Below are positions 63,861 through 64,000 of a stretch of 64,000 nucleotides of DNA, one piece after another. The first letter of the stretch is position 1. Every line of letters begins with the position of its first letter. Below the pieces are notes generated by a model, which ran no database searches, was not told where the DNA came from, and worked only from the letters and a program-made list of their open reading frames with translations. The position numbers and the translations under genes were made by a program. The DNA lies in contig CAVZZA010000001.1 in the NCBI GenBank assembly GCA_963779615.1, positions 645,743-709,742 on the forward strand, in the 5' to 3' direction. Source of the DNA: an uncultured Nitrososphaeraceae archaeon (GTDB lineage: Archaea; Thermoproteota; Nitrososphaeria; Nitrososphaerales; Nitrososphaeraceae).

Positions 63861-64000
63861 TGGACAGGAGGGTTGGTTAATAAACGAAAGTGAAAACACC
63901 ATCTTTTTTATCTACTGCCTTGGTATAAATCGAATTTGTTGTATTTCAAAAAGCTGCCACAAACCTCAAGAAAAGAGGTCATGGAATATTACTTGAAAGC

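Overview
AT-rich archaeal chromosome segment whose gene content points to a soil ammonia-oxidising archaeon (Nitrososphaeraceae, Ca. Nitrosocosmicus-like); this is inferred from the proteins, not from a search. About 1-35 kb and 50-64 kb are mostly core genes: intron-containing tRNA-Lys, XPD and DEAD helicases, topoisomerase VI, rps6e/aIF2-gamma, an AglB-cyclophilin fusion, two deoxyhypusine-synthase paralogues, pyrI, Rqc2, cbiT/L/F, rnz, prs, a DtxR regulator and copA. About 35-50 kb is an IS-scarred iron-homeostasis island with an FTR1 permease, secreted helical-bundle proteins, a probably secreted CbiX-fold chelatase and a ferritin-like protein. The main unexplained signal is three dispersed copies of a ~205-220 nt non-coding unit (43.7, 47.2 and 49.9 kb). 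Each has a TATA box followed directly by a DtxR/IdeR-type palindrome (TTAGG-N4-CCTAA), then a 4-codon MSIK ORF in a 5' hairpin, a conserved long stem with a compensatory base change around a variable loop, and an oligo-T end. The same palindrome sits at the ftr1 promoter and at the operon encoding dtxR. This suggests an undescribed archaeal iron-repressed small-RNA (iron-sparing) system with small partner proteins. Four otherwise intact genes carry single-base frameshifts in short homopolymers, probably sequencing or assembly errors.
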